Shown here: positions 47,501 to 57,600 of the stretch, piece after piece | How the letters are laid out: the number at the start of each line of letters is the position of its first letter | Position numbering within the stretch: position 1 is the stretch's first letter | Assembly: GCA_965223845.1 (NCBI GenBank) | Contig: CBDCXR010000004.1 | Location: forward strand, 5,696,001-5,760,000 | Direction of reading: 5' to 3' | Length of the DNA: 64,000 nucleotides | Source: Planctomycetota bacterium | GTDB taxonomy: Bacteria > Planctomycetota > UBA8108 > SXIK01 | Notes under the pieces: model-generated | Told to the model about the DNA's origin: nothing | Database searches by the model: none | The model's input: the letters and a program-made list of their open reading frames with translations, nothing else | Position numbers and translations under genes: made by a program

Positions 47501-48309
47501 CCGTCCTTCCTCAGGTAGTAGTACTTCGCGAACTCGGGCTTCACGTACATGAGGCCCGTTCTCGGATCTTGCTCGACGGGCGGAGACGACGGGCGTCCCC
47601 CCTCGCGGTAGTACCGATTCGTGAGCACGAACACGTCGAGGTCGCCGTCACGATCGAAATCGCAGAACGTCGGGAGGAGAGAGGCGTCGGTGAGATCGAG
47701 CCCGGAGCCCTTCGCGCGTTCAGTAAATCGCCCCGATCCGTCGTTCACAAAAAGTTGGTTCGGCGCGTCGTAGTTGCAGACGTAGAGATCGAGATCGCCG
47801 TCGCCGTCGACGTCCGCCATCGCGCCGCCGGTCCCCCATCGGTCTCCTCCACCGACGCCGGCCGCCTCGGTGACGTCTTCGAAGCGGAACGTGTCGCGCT
47901 GGAGGTAGAGACGGTTCGCCTTCGGGCCACTCACGAAGTAGAGATCGGGTCGACGATCTCCGTCGACGTCACCGATCGCGCAACCACCACAGACGAACCC
48001 GGAGTGATAGAGGCGTTTCAGGGGATGGGACGTGTCGATGGGATTGAGAAAATCGACGCCGGAGTCCGCCGGCGCGATGCGCTCGAAGAGAGGCGTTCCG
48101 TCCGGATTCGAAGCCGGTCGCGGCGAAAGAGCGACGATCTCGATCCCGCCGGGATCGTCCTCGTCCGTGCGCGTACAGGACGTCAGCACAACAACGAGCG
48201 CGGCAGATGCGATGCACGCCTTCGCGAAAGGAAAGTCCAGCGACCGATTCGATCGGACGCCCGGCCGATGATTGCGGTAACTTCTGAGCATGTTCCAACC
48301 CGGACTCAC
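44521..48309 (-). CDS. CRTAC1/ASPIC-UnbV FG-GAP repeat lipoprotein (two modules); start uncertain
   Basis: Lipobox LTSC. Many DxDGDGDLDL repeats. ASPIC motifs GYLSSNQPEVHFGLG...IEWPSG and GYLAQS...FGLG...VRWPDG. Confidence 0.88.
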   Translation of the reverse strand: MSPGWNMLRSYRNHRPGVRSNRSLDFPFAKACIASAALVVVLTSCTRTDEDDPGGIEIVALSPRPASNPDGTPLFERIAPADSGVDFLNPIDTSHPLKRLYHSGFVCGGCAIGDVDGDRRPDLYFVSGPKANRLYLQRDTFRFEDVTEAAGVGGGDRWGTGGAMADVDGDGDLDLYVCNYDAPNQLFVNDGSGRFTERAKGSGLDLTDASLLPTFCDFDRDGDLDVFVLTNRYYREGGRPSSPPVEQDPRTGLMYVKPEFAKYYYLRKDGQKYEIDEVARPDYLLRNDGPGADGVPRFTDVTKEAGVSIHGYGLSATWWDYDRDGWPDIYVANDFADPDQLYRNNGDGSFTDVLANVVPHTPWFSMGADVGDVNGDGALDFVVLDMAATTHYKSKMSMGEMGKFRRVIERTQPRQVMRNALYIDTGTGRFLESAVYSGIANTDWSWAAKLRDFDGDGWNDLFVSNGAARDFNNSDVPFSEQLLIGRNIWDLYEHLPAKREQNIAFRNRGDLRFDDVSAAWGLDHTGMSYAAAHGDLDADGDLDLVVVNLDEPVSVYRNQSTAAAHAAIVRLRGRAQNRWGVGAYVRVKTASGVYAAEQVPVSGYLSSNQPEVHFGLGAAETITELRIEWPSGAEQTFTDLPVDRAFIVSEPGGAAKPKRRPREGEAKPHFARSRALRGVRHVERVYEDFVRQPLLPNKYSQLGPGVAWADVDRDGDDDVFIGAGRGSAGAVLVADGPGPDGAARFRVAPRAAFEAHADAEDMGALFFDADRDGDEDLYVASGSYEYEVDSPQLADRLYLNDGTGRFVPAPEGALPPARDSASVVCAADFDRDGDLDLFVGGRLVPGEYPLSGRSHLLRNESTPGSPRFVDAAPDVVPELTHSGLVTSAVWSDADADGWIDLLVTHEWGPVKLYRNEEGRLVDATPETGVANVLGWWNSISAGDIDGDGDTDYAVGNQGLNSKYHASAKKPVLLYYGDYAGDGTKRLVEAEFENETLFPIRGRSCSSAAMPHLRDKFKTFHDFAIAGLEEIYEPKCLDEARRFEANTLESGVFVNDGGGRFEFRPLPSLVQLSPVFGIEFVDFDGDGNLDLYCAQNFFQPQFETGPYDSGMSVLLRGSADGTFAAVWPRESGLIVPGDARSLTRTDLNRDGAVDFVVAINNGELVAFEASSVSASPPRLTVRLAGRDGNLRATGARVTVHFEGGSTRSAEVYAGGGYLAQSSADVSFGLGGQPAVQKITVRWPDGTTSSHPGNHRGAVELTQP

Positions 48310-48591
48310 CAGACTCTATTGCACCGCCGCTTCGCTCACCGAATCTGGTGAGAGCTCCGGGCGAAGCGCTGTCGGCGGAACCAGGCCCCGTCGATGCTTT
48401 CGGCTCGATGCGGTCCGAAAATGTAGGCTCCCGATTCGACCCCGGACGGGAGGTGGACTTCGATAGGGTATGCGACCGCTCGGCCCGAGGCCACTTCGGG
48501 CGAGAGGCGAATCGAGCGAGCGCCGGTCGATCCGTGCCGGAGATTCGGTTGGATCTCGCGCCCGCGGCCCGTTCGAGTATCCTGTGCGCCC

Positions 48592-49722
48592 ATGAATGAG
48601 ACCGGGAACCGTCCCACGCGAACCGTCCACCTCAATACCGAGCCGACGTGGCGCGGCGGCGAGCAACAGACGCTCTATCTTCTCGAAGGACTCGTCGCTC
48701 GCGGCCACGAAGTGCTTCTCTGTGCACAGAGGGGAAGCCCTCTCGTCGAGCGAGCGCGCGCCAAGGGGATCGACACGGAGGCGGTTCGGATGCGCGGCGA
48801 GATCGACCCCTTCGCCGTCGCGAGGCTCCGCGGGATCTTCAAACGGTTCCGCCCCGAGATCGTTCACTTTCACACGTCGCACGCGCACACGCTCGGTGTG
48901 GCGGCCGCGGCGCTCCTCGGGCGAAACCGCCCCCGAACGCTGCTCACTCGGCGCGTCGATTTCTCGATTTACCGTCATTCGTTTTTCGGCCTCAACGGGA
49001 TCAAGTACCGGCACGTCGATCACATCGTGGCGATCAGCCGCGCAATCCGCGAGGTGTTGGTCGACGACGGACTCGATCCCGCGGGAATCGATCTCGTTCC
49101 GAGCGGGATCGACACGAGCCGATTCGACGTCGAGCCGACCGATCTCCGGGCGGAGTTCGGGCTTCCCGAAGATACCGTGATCCTCGTCAACGTCGCGTAC
49201 TTCGCGCCGCACAAGGGTCAGACGTATCTCGTCGAGGCAACACCGCGCATCCTCGAAGAGTCACCGAACTGCGCGCTCGTCTTCATCGGAGACGGCGAGT
49301 TGCGCGCAAGCTTGGAAGCGCGAGTTCACGAGCTCGGTGTTTCCGAGCGTGTCTTCTTCGCGGGATTTCGTACCGACGTGCCCGCCGTCCTCAGGGGAAG
49401 CGACATTTGCGTGATGCCGAGCTTCAAGGAAGGACTCGGCACATCCGTCCTCGATGCGCTCTGGTGCGGGCTTCCGGTCGTCGCGGCGGCGACCGGAGGG
49501 ATCCCGGAGATCGTTCATGACGGTGAAAACGGAATTCTCGTGCCCCCGCGCGATTCGGAAGCGCTCGCGAATGCCATTCTCCGCTTGCTGAAGGATCCGG
49601 AAGAGCGGGCGAAGCTCGGACGCGGAGGACCGGCGGTCGTCGAGAGCGGGTATACGGTCGATCAGATGATCGAGGGGAACATCGCGGTCTATCGGCGCAT
49701 GCTCGCAAATTCGCGCGGGTAA
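48592..49722 (+). CDS. GT4 family glycosyltransferase
   Basis: WRGGEQQ, IVHFHT, PSGID, HKGQ, FAGFRTDV, PSFKEGLG, GGIPEIV. Confidence 0.9.
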   Translation: MNETGNRPTRTVHLNTEPTWRGGEQQTLYLLEGLVARGHEVLLCAQRGSPLVERARAKGIDTEAVRMRGEIDPFAVARLRGIFKRFRPEIVHFHTSHAHTLGVAAAALLGRNRPRTLLTRRVDFSIYRHSFFGLNGIKYRHVDHIVAISRAIREVLVDDGLDPAGIDLVPSGIDTSRFDVEPTDLRAEFGLPEDTVILVNVAYFAPHKGQTYLVEATPRILEESPNCALVFIGDGELRASLEARVHELGVSERVFFAGFRTDVPAVLRGSDICVMPSFKEGLGTSVLDALWCGLPVVAAATGGIPEIVHDGENGILVPPRDSEALANAILRLLKDPEERAKLGRGGPAVVESGYTVDQMIEGNIAVYRRMLANSRG

Positions 49723-49934
49723 CTTCGCCCGGTCCCGGTCCCGTTCATCAGCTCAGAACGCGAAAACCACCCCCGGCGTTTCCCGGTTCTGCCGAGTTCC
49801 AGGGGCAAACCTGGACGTGACCTCGACCTCCTGCTCACGCTACGATGTCGATTTCCTCGAGCCGTCCGCGGGCGCGAGCGGATCGGGGCGTCGATCTGGG
49901 CCATCTCTCGTCCTGTCGCACTCCGGGGAGCAAC

Positions 49935-50948
49935 ATGCAACGAGACTCTGTCCGCTTACCTCCGTTCGCGAGAACGTCTCCTCTCCTTCTCGTGCTCTCC
50001 GCCGCCGCGTGCGGACCTCTCGATACGACCGCGACTCCGCTGGCGGGCGGTACCGAACCCGAGCTCGTCCTCGAGAGCGGAGCGGGTGAAGGTCCCGCGT
50101 GGCACCCCGACGGATTCCTCCTTTTCAGCGGTCACGGCTCGATCCTCCGTTGGGACGGATCAGCGGATACACCCGAAGTCCTTCGGCAGGGTGCGGGCAC
50201 GAACGGACTGCTCTTCGACCGCAAGGGACGGCTCCTCGCCTGCGAGCCGGGGCAGAGACGCGTCACGCGTACCGATCTCGAGTCGGGCGAAGTTACCGTG
50301 CTCACCGGATCCTTCGGAGGAAAACGCTACAACACACCGAACGACATCACGATCGACGCCGACGGCCGGATCTTTTTCTCCGATCCGCGCTACGGAAGTC
50401 GCGACGGCATGGAACTTCTCGACGCCGACGGGCGAGCGATCGAAGGCGTTTACCGCATCGATCTCGACGGCTCGGTAGCGCGCGTCATCACGCACGAGGT
50501 CGATCGCCCGAACGGCGTCCTCGTGTCGAAAGACGGCCGCTACCTCTTCGTCGCCGACAACAACAACAACGACGTCGGCGGCGCGCGAAAGCTGTGGCGC
50601 TTCGATCTCTCCGCGGGCGAAGTCGACCTCGGCTCGAAGCGCCTCCTCTTCGACTGGCTCTCTTCGCGGGGCCCAGACGGGATGGTTCAGGACGAGCTGG
50701 GAAACCTCTACGTAGCGGGCGGGCTCAACAAAGACAACCTCCCCGCGGAGACCGCCGATCCCTACCGCGGCGGGATCTACGTTTTCACGCCGGGTGGACG
50801 ACGCATCGACTTTGTCGCGATCTCGCGCGACGAGGTGACGAATTGTACGTTCGGCGGGCCGGAACGCCGCACGCTCTACGTGACCGCAGGCGGAACACTT
50901 TGGGCCATAAAAACCCGCGTGCGCGGGTGGCTACCGTGGCCACCGTAG
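49935..50948 (+). CDS. SMP-30/gluconolactonase family lipoprotein
   Basis: EGPAW, TNGL, NTPNDI, FSDPRYG, RPNGV, PDGM, TNCTFGG. Lipobox AAAC. GGAG RBS. Confidence 0.88.
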   Translation: MQRDSVRLPPFARTSPLLLVLSAAACGPLDTTATPLAGGTEPELVLESGAGEGPAWHPDGFLLFSGHGSILRWDGSADTPEVLRQGAGTNGLLFDRKGRLLACEPGQRRVTRTDLESGEVTVLTGSFGGKRYNTPNDITIDADGRIFFSDPRYGSRDGMELLDADGRAIEGVYRIDLDGSVARVITHEVDRPNGVLVSKDGRYLFVADNNNNDVGGARKLWRFDLSAGEVDLGSKRLLFDWLSSRGPDGMVQDELGNLYVAGGLNKDNLPAETADPYRGGIYVFTPGGRRIDFVAISRDEVTNCTFGGPERRTLYVTAGGTLWAIKTRVRGWLPWPP

Positions 50949-51004
50949 TTGAGCGTGGTGTGAGAGGCTTCCGGTGTCTGCAGGCTCGCCGAGCAAGAGA
51001 ATTG

Positions 51005-51188
51005 CACACGAAGAGCGCGAAGGGGATGCGAAGGAAGACGAAGGAAAGATGGGGCGAAATCTCTAGCGCATACACCACCGATGATTCGAAGGTGGACGCT
51101 CCCGCTCCCTCTGCCTCCTCAATCCTCATCCACCTCGTTCTTGCTCTTCCTTCATCTGTCTTCGCATCCCCTTCGCGCTCTTCGTGTG
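51005..51188. repeat. Intergenic long inverted-repeat element, copy 2
   Basis: cacacgaagagcgcgaaggggatgcgaag from 51005 is perfectly complementary over 29 bp to the arm ending at 51188, extending imperfectly to ~43 bp. Confidence 0.85.
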
Positions 51189-51259
51189 AACCTCTTTTTC
51201 GGAATGGATGAGAAGACTACGCTCTGGCGGCGTTCAAGCGCGCTCTCGATCTTCAGCTC

Positions 51260-52117
51260 TCAATCTTCGTTCAACACCCGTTCGAAGAGCCAGAGCTGGT
51301 CGTCGCGACCGAATTCTTCCTCGCCGCTCATGAGCGCGGGTGCAGCGAAGAGTACGCCGCGCTTGTAGACGACGGCTCCGCTGATTGGCGCGCGATCGTA
51401 TCCGAGCAGATCTTCGCCGAGAACGACGTCCGCAACCGATTCGGGGAGCGCGTCGACGAACTCCCGCGCGAGTTCTAGGTGCGGCGATCTCGGTAATAGG
51501 CAGTAGCGAACGGGCATGCTCGTCGCGAGCTGCCACGGCTGCTTCTCGGCCACAAACTTCCGCCTCCGCGTGAGAACCTTTTCCACCGTCCAATCTCGAT
51601 CGTTGAACTGGTCGAGCACAACGCACAGTAAGAGCGTCGGCTGCTCGTCGTTCACCGTGAGCCGAAAGGTCGATCCGCCGGCTCCGCGCAGCTCGAGATC
51701 TCCGACCACGCGAACCGCACGCTCCAGCGATTCCCGCCAGCCGCCGAGCTCGTCTCCGCCACGGGTTTCGGTCGACTGGACGCGTCCAGTCGACTCGTCG
51801 AAGACGACCTCGAAGTACGTGACCGACGGGCCGAACAGCGAACGAAAGTTGAACCGCGGGTACGTCCACTCACGCCGGCCGGAAACTCCGGTCGCCCCGC
51901 CCCAAAGGGCGCGAGAGAACGGGGGGCCGAGGAGGTCGCGCACCGCGTCCTGCGACATGCCCGCCCGGACTTCCTCGTATCGTTCGCTCGAAAACCACTC
52001 CGAGGTCAGGTCGTCGGTTCGTGCGAGCGGCCAAGCTCGATACGCCGCGAACCCGAGGCCCAGAGCCACGAGTGCAACGAGTCCGATCACCCCGAGCCGC
52101 CGAGTGCTTGCTGCCAT
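51260..52117 (-). CDS. Membrane-anchored protein with SmpA/BamE-like domain
   Basis: N-terminal TM. EVRAGMSQDAVRDLLGPP...WTY...VVFD. Confidence 0.6.
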   Translation of the reverse strand: MAASTRRLGVIGLVALVALGLGFAAYRAWPLARTDDLTSEWFSSERYEEVRAGMSQDAVRDLLGPPFSRALWGGATGVSGRREWTYPRFNFRSLFGPSVTYFEVVFDESTGRVQSTETRGGDELGGWRESLERAVRVVGDLELRGAGGSTFRLTVNDEQPTLLLCVVLDQFNDRDWTVEKVLTRRRKFVAEKQPWQLATSMPVRYCLLPRSPHLELAREFVDALPESVADVVLGEDLLGYDRAPISGAVVYKRGVLFAAPALMSGEEEFGRDDQLWLFERVLNED

Positions 52118-52225
52118 GTGCGGAATCTCTAGCCTGGATCTCCTCGCGATCGGCCCCCTGCCCGAATGTCAACGATGGGGTAGTCGCTGCCCGCGGACCG
52201 CACTTTCAGACTATCTCGCGCGGCT

Positions 52226-53113
52226 CTACCGCTGAATCGCCCGCGTCGTAAACGCCGCCTCCGTCAGGTTCCTTCGCGGCTTCCCCGTGCGCTGGCTCTT
52301 GTAGAGCGAGAGATTGAGAAATTGCTTCGACTGGACGAGAAGGGTTCGCTTTCCGGTCTGGTGATTCGTCATCTCGATCGCCTGCGAACGCCAGAATCGC
52401 CCGTGGCGAAGCTTCCAGTCTCTCGAGTCCCGCGTCTTCAGGTGGCGTCCAGCTTTGTCGAAATACTCGATCCTCTCTTGTCGCCAGTGCTCGCGATGGA
52501 TGTAGACGACGAGGCGTGAATACCCCGTGTCCTCGTAGGTCGGCTTCGCGTCGAGCTTGTAGACCGGTAGCGTGTCGCCGCCTCGCTTGATCGTCGTCTC
52601 CTCTACGAAACGCCACTCGTACTCTCGCGGATCGATCGTCGCCAAGTCTTCGTAGGTGAATTCGGTGCCTTGGAAGCTCGCGGTGTTGTTCGCCCCCGAG
52701 ATTCTTCGCACACGTTTGCTCGACGGCAAGTAGAGCCAATTGTCATCCGAGCTCCCCGGGTTTTCGTGAGTGAGCGCGGCGACACCCTTGATCTCCGCCG
52801 GAGTGAGGAATTTCGTGATGTACTTGTCGCCCTCCTTCACTCGCTCGTAGCTCATGCGGAGGAACGATCGCCGAACGGAGTCGCCGCCGGCATCGTAGAG
52901 AGTCATCGTTCCTTGGGAGATTTCGTCCACCCAGCCTTGATCGTAGCGGTCGGCGTAGTCGGCGATCGCTCTTCCGTAGGCCTCCGAGTCGGACCGGTCG
53001 AACGCCGGAAGCGGCGGGACCGGAACTCCGCTCGTGTTCGGATCGGCTAGAGCGACGTTCGCTGCGAGTGCAGAGGACAGTAAGGCGATCGCGATCGACG
53101 GTCGCAGTTTCAT
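52226..53113 (-). CDS. Outer-membrane lipoprotein-sorting (LolA-like) protein
   Basis: Signal peptide. FLTPAEIKG, WLYLPSSKRVRRIS, SFQGTEFTYEDL, IEYFDKAG..LK. Confidence 0.85.
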   Translation of the reverse strand: MKLRPSIAIALLSSALAANVALADPNTSGVPVPPLPAFDRSDSEAYGRAIADYADRYDQGWVDEISQGTMTLYDAGGDSVRRSFLRMSYERVKEGDKYITKFLTPAEIKGVAALTHENPGSSDDNWLYLPSSKRVRRISGANNTASFQGTEFTYEDLATIDPREYEWRFVEETTIKRGGDTLPVYKLDAKPTYEDTGYSRLVVYIHREHWRQERIEYFDKAGRHLKTRDSRDWKLRHGRFWRSQAIEMTNHQTGKRTLLVQSKQFLNLSLYKSQRTGKPRRNLTEAAFTTRAIQR

Positions 53114-53255
53114 GAGGAGACTCCTTGAGACGGGAAGTTCAGAACAAATTGAGGAGATCGGTAACGGTTTCGGGTCGGAGTTCGCGGTATCGGAAGAAGT
53201 ATCGGGAACGGGAACGAAGAATTCCCGTTTGCGGCAGACGGCTTTGATTTTGGCG

Positions 53256-54692
53256 CTAGAATTCCCATCGGAGAGCGACTGCGATCGACGAGTTGTTCGG
53301 AAAGAAGTCGAACAGACTCCGTCCCGTCTCCGGCGGATCGAACACTTGCGCCTGGATCCGCAGCTTCAGATCTTCGTGAATGAAGCGGAGCTGCCGCTCG
53401 GCGACGAGCTCGGCGATCACCTCGCTCGAGTCGAAGTCGAAGATTCCCCGGAGCTCGACCGAGCTCCGCGCGAAGTCATTCGCCTCCCAGAGGAAGCGGA
53501 GTACGATGTCGTTCTCAAACGGCCGCAGCCTCGCGGCCGGATCGTCCGCGCCTTCCTCGCCCGTGTACTCTACGGTCGCGGTGAGCTGATCCTGATCGAC
53601 GATCACATCGTAGAATTCTCGATCGACTCCGGCGACGTAGGCGACGTAGTCGTCCGGCCGGGAGATCGGCGAGCCCGAGAACCTGTACGGCCTTCGGTAG
53701 ACGACCTCGGTCTTCAGAGTGAACGTCGAGAGAAACTGGCCCAGGACATCCTCGTTCGGAACGGCCCGGAAGCCGAGCCCAGCCGTCGTTTCGCCGAAGT
53801 AGACGGGGACGAGGTCGCCGTCGGCAGCGAACGCGAGACTCGGCGTTCGTCCTGGCCCACGCGCGACGAGGTATTGGAGGTCGGCGTTCACCGGACGCGT
53901 CGTGAGAGTGTGTTGAAACCGCGCTCCGACAAAGCCTCGCTCTTCGATTCCGGACGGTTCGAAGCCATCGTTCTCGTCGAACTCGGCGACATCCGAATCG
54001 AACGAGAAGCGCTGGTTCTCGGGCGGGAACAGCGTCTCCCGCCACACCGGGAGCACGTAGAAGGAAGCCGTCGGCTCGCCGATCGTCTCGTTTCCCGCGA
54101 AGAGAAGGCGGAGCCTCGCTCCGAACTCGCCGAGTCGATCCGGATCGAGAAAGTCCGTGGCGAAGTCGCGGCGGTTCACGACGTCGATCGGATTGTAAGT
54201 GTCGACGATGCCCCAGTTCTCGACCAGCTGGCCTGCGCGCAGATCCCAGGTCTCTCGCTCGTACGTCAAGTACGCTTCCAAGGGTTCGAATCGCTTCAAG
54301 TCTCCGTCGAGCGTGTCGACAAACACGCGCGGCCGAAAGTACCCGCTCACGCTCTCGTGGAAGCGAAAGTCGAGCTCGAGCTCCGCCTCGAAGAGAAGCT
54401 GTTCGTCGTTCTTGCCGTCGTCGCGATCCGATAGATAGATCCGCGGCTCGAGCGAAACGAATCCCTTCAACCCGGTAAGCGGAGAGTTGGAATCTCTCGC
54501 TTCCGACTCGCCAATCTCCGTTGCGGCACCTCCCTCTAGGAGCTCGTCGAGGCCATCGTCGAAGAGCTCCTCGCCCGGCGCTTCGCTCGCGAGATCCGTC
54601 GCGCCTTCGTTCTCGACCGCGTCGCTCCCGCCGAACACCGCGCCGACGAGGGAGAAGAGTAGAAACAACGTCGTCACCGGCTCGCGTCTCAT
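53256..54692 (-). CDS. Putative outer-membrane beta-barrel protein
   Basis: Signal peptide. EAYL...LRAGQLVENWG...NPIDVVN. Amphipathic strands and C-terminal LRWEF. Confidence 0.7.
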   Translation of the reverse strand: MRREPVTTLFLLFSLVGAVFGGSDAVENEGATDLASEAPGEELFDDGLDELLEGGAATEIGESEARDSNSPLTGLKGFVSLEPRIYLSDRDDGKNDEQLLFEAELELDFRFHESVSGYFRPRVFVDTLDGDLKRFEPLEAYLTYERETWDLRAGQLVENWGIVDTYNPIDVVNRRDFATDFLDPDRLGEFGARLRLLFAGNETIGEPTASFYVLPVWRETLFPPENQRFSFDSDVAEFDENDGFEPSGIEERGFVGARFQHTLTTRPVNADLQYLVARGPGRTPSLAFAADGDLVPVYFGETTAGLGFRAVPNEDVLGQFLSTFTLKTEVVYRRPYRFSGSPISRPDDYVAYVAGVDREFYDVIVDQDQLTATVEYTGEEGADDPAARLRPFENDIVLRFLWEANDFARSSVELRGIFDFDSSEVIAELVAERQLRFIHEDLKLRIQAQVFDPPETGRSLFDFFPNNSSIAVALRWEF

Positions 54693-57600
54693 CGCACGCC
54701 CGCCTTACCGACTTCGGCCGGCATGTCGATCCGCGCCCTCGGCGCTGCCTCGCGATCATCGAAGCTGAGCACCGCTCCCGTGATCACGAAATCGGCGATC
54801 CATGCGAAGCCGATCATGACTCCGGCGAGCGCGCCCATTTGAAAGTTCGGCGCAAAGTCGCTGAGAAGCAGAGTCGCGAAGCCGATGATGAGGACGATCG
54901 TCGTCACCGACATCGCGGTCCCCGCTTCCGTGAACACCCGGACGAGGGCGTCGCGAGCGCCGAGCCCTCCCTTTCGACCGCGGTCGTACTTCGTAAAGAA
55001 GTGAATCGTATCGTCGACGCAGACGCCGAGCGCGACGGAGGCCGCGAAGACCGCCGGGCCGTCGAGTGGGATTCCGGCGAGACCGAGAACCCCGAGTGGA
55101 AGAATGATCGGGAGGACGTTCGGGATCAAGCTGATCAGTGCGAATCGCGCGGACCGGTAGATGAAACCAATGAGGACCGTAATCACGAGTAGGGCCGCAC
55201 CCATCGATTTGACAAAACCTCGCGCGAAGAGATCCGACGTACGCGCAAAGAGAAGCGTCTTGCCACTGATCGTAAAGTCTGAAAGCGCGGGCCCGGAAGC
55301 GCTCGACGTTCCCGCTTCTGCGACGGACGCGGCGAGCTCGGGAAACTCGGTCCGTGCGATCTCCTCGATCCGCCGAAACGCCCGGAGGTGCGCGACCGAC
55401 GACGCCTGCGCGACTCGCCCCTGGACGCGTACCTGCGTGCGATCCGCGCTGAGCTGCGTCGTAAGATTCTCGCCGGGACGCGCGCCGTTCTCGTACTGAA
55501 GGTAGTACTGAGCTACGAGACTCGAGCCGCTCTGCGCTGGAGTGAGCGACCACTCTTCCGTCCATTCGTCGAAGTTGAGCTGAGGAGCTCGAGACTCGCC
55601 CGCGACATCGGCCTCGCGCGGAACGCGGTACGCGTCCGCCCGGTTTTCGTTCTGAACTTGATGGATCTTTCGAAGGATATCGAGCGGGCCGACGAGATCG
55701 CTGAGAACGGCGAGAGGCGATGCCGGATCGGCCATCTCCTCGCGCAGCCGCGCCTCGAAACGGTCGAGCGAATCGAGGAAGGCCGGCGAGATTCCGATTC
55801 GCGGTGCGTTCCACGCCGCCCGCTTGTCCCTGAGCGCGCTCAGCTCGGCCGCTTCGCCTGACGAGAGCGCCGCGAACTCGTTCGGCTGCGCCGCCGCACC
55901 CGCTTCTCGGAGAGCGAGCTCGGCGAGACGCGATTCCTCGTCTGCCGTGAGCTCGACCGCCGACTCACCGCGTCCGCGAAACACGATTTCGAGGTCGCCG
56001 ACGCCGCCCATTCGGTCTTCGATCCAGTTGAAGTCGGACATCGTCGGGTTGTCGTCCGGGAACATGTTGCGAAAATCGCTGTCGATCTCCACGCGAAGGA
56101 GCCCCGCGACCGAGACGACAAAAAGCGCGGCGGCGACGGCGACGACGCCTCGCCGCCGTTCGACGATGAAGTCGACGATCCGTCCGGAGCAGGCTTCGCT
56201 AAAGAGAGTCGTGACGAGCAGTCGCTTTCCCCGCTTCCGGCGAGCACCGGAGTGCGGAACGAGCGAGAGCAGTGCCGGGACGACCGTCATCGACAGCGCC
56301 CACGCGAGGAGCGTTCCGAGTGCCGCCATCGATCCGAGCATGCGCACCGGCTCGAGCCCGCTCAGCGTCAGCGAATAGAAGCCCACCGCTGTCGTCACGG
56401 AAGTGAGAAACACGGGCAGCGCGTTTCTCCGTACCACTTCGATCATCAGCTCGCGCTTGTCGTCGTACTTCCCGCGAAGGATGACCCACGCTGCGATCAG
56501 ATGAATCGCGTCGGCGATGCCGACGGCCGTCAGCATGTTCGGCGACATTATGGTGAGGTTATTGAGGAGATCGCCGCGTGCGAGCGCGAATCCGATCATG
56601 CCCACGATGCTCCCGAACACGACGATCAGCGGAAATCCGACTCCGGCGACACTGCGAAAGACGAACGCGAGGACGACGATGATCACGAGAAACATGAGCG
56701 GCACGTACTTCGCATCGGCGAGCCCGACGATCTCGAAGTTCCGCTCGAAGAGCGGCACGCCGCCGAGGCGAAACGCGTACGGGCTGAGCGGCTCGGGCCG
56801 GAAGTCGCCCGGTGCCGAGACGACGCTTGAAGGTTCCGATCGGTCGACAAAGCCGCCTTTCGGTGACGGGTCGTACTCGAAGAACTTTCTCCGCAGGACA
56901 CCGCCCCCATCGCGCATGAAATTCCGACGCGGATCGTCGAGCTCGAGCCGGCGGGCCCTCCGCTCTTCGCCGGCGGGCAGTGACTCGATCCACTCGACTA
57001 GGTGGACTCGCTCCGGCGTCGGCACGGCGAGCCCCTTCTCGACGCGAAGGAAGTGCTCGATTCCGCGAAGCGCCGCACGCTGCTTCTCCACCGAGTGGAG
57101 GATCGGAGCCGACCGGCGCTCGTCGGGGTCGTCGAAGTTCGCTTCGGTGACCGTCTCGTCCAGCCGCGGGCGAAGCACCTGCACCTGAATCGCGGTCGTC
57201 GTTCCCGCGGAGTTTACGATCGTTCCGACGAGGCGCGGCTCCCCGATGAAGTCACTCAGATCGGCGTCTCCGATGACCTCCCGAACGCGCTCCTCGCCCA
57301 CCCGAGCGATCGCGCGCTCGGCACCGAGGACGGCGATCATTCTCTCAACGAGGTCTCGATCCGTGAGCTCGGTGGGATCTCCTTCGACGAGATCGGAGAT
57401 GATGAGCCCTTCCTCAGAACTCTCTTCATCCGCGATCGTTCCCCAGCGGATCCATGGGTTGTAGGTCAAGCTCCGGACGTGCCGGACTCCCGGGACCGTG
57501 AGGAATCGCTCCGTCAGCCGCGCCGTCGCCGCCAGTGCGCTGCGGCTGAACACGCCGAGCTCCGAGTCCTTCTCCTCGAACGTCACCATGACGAAATCCT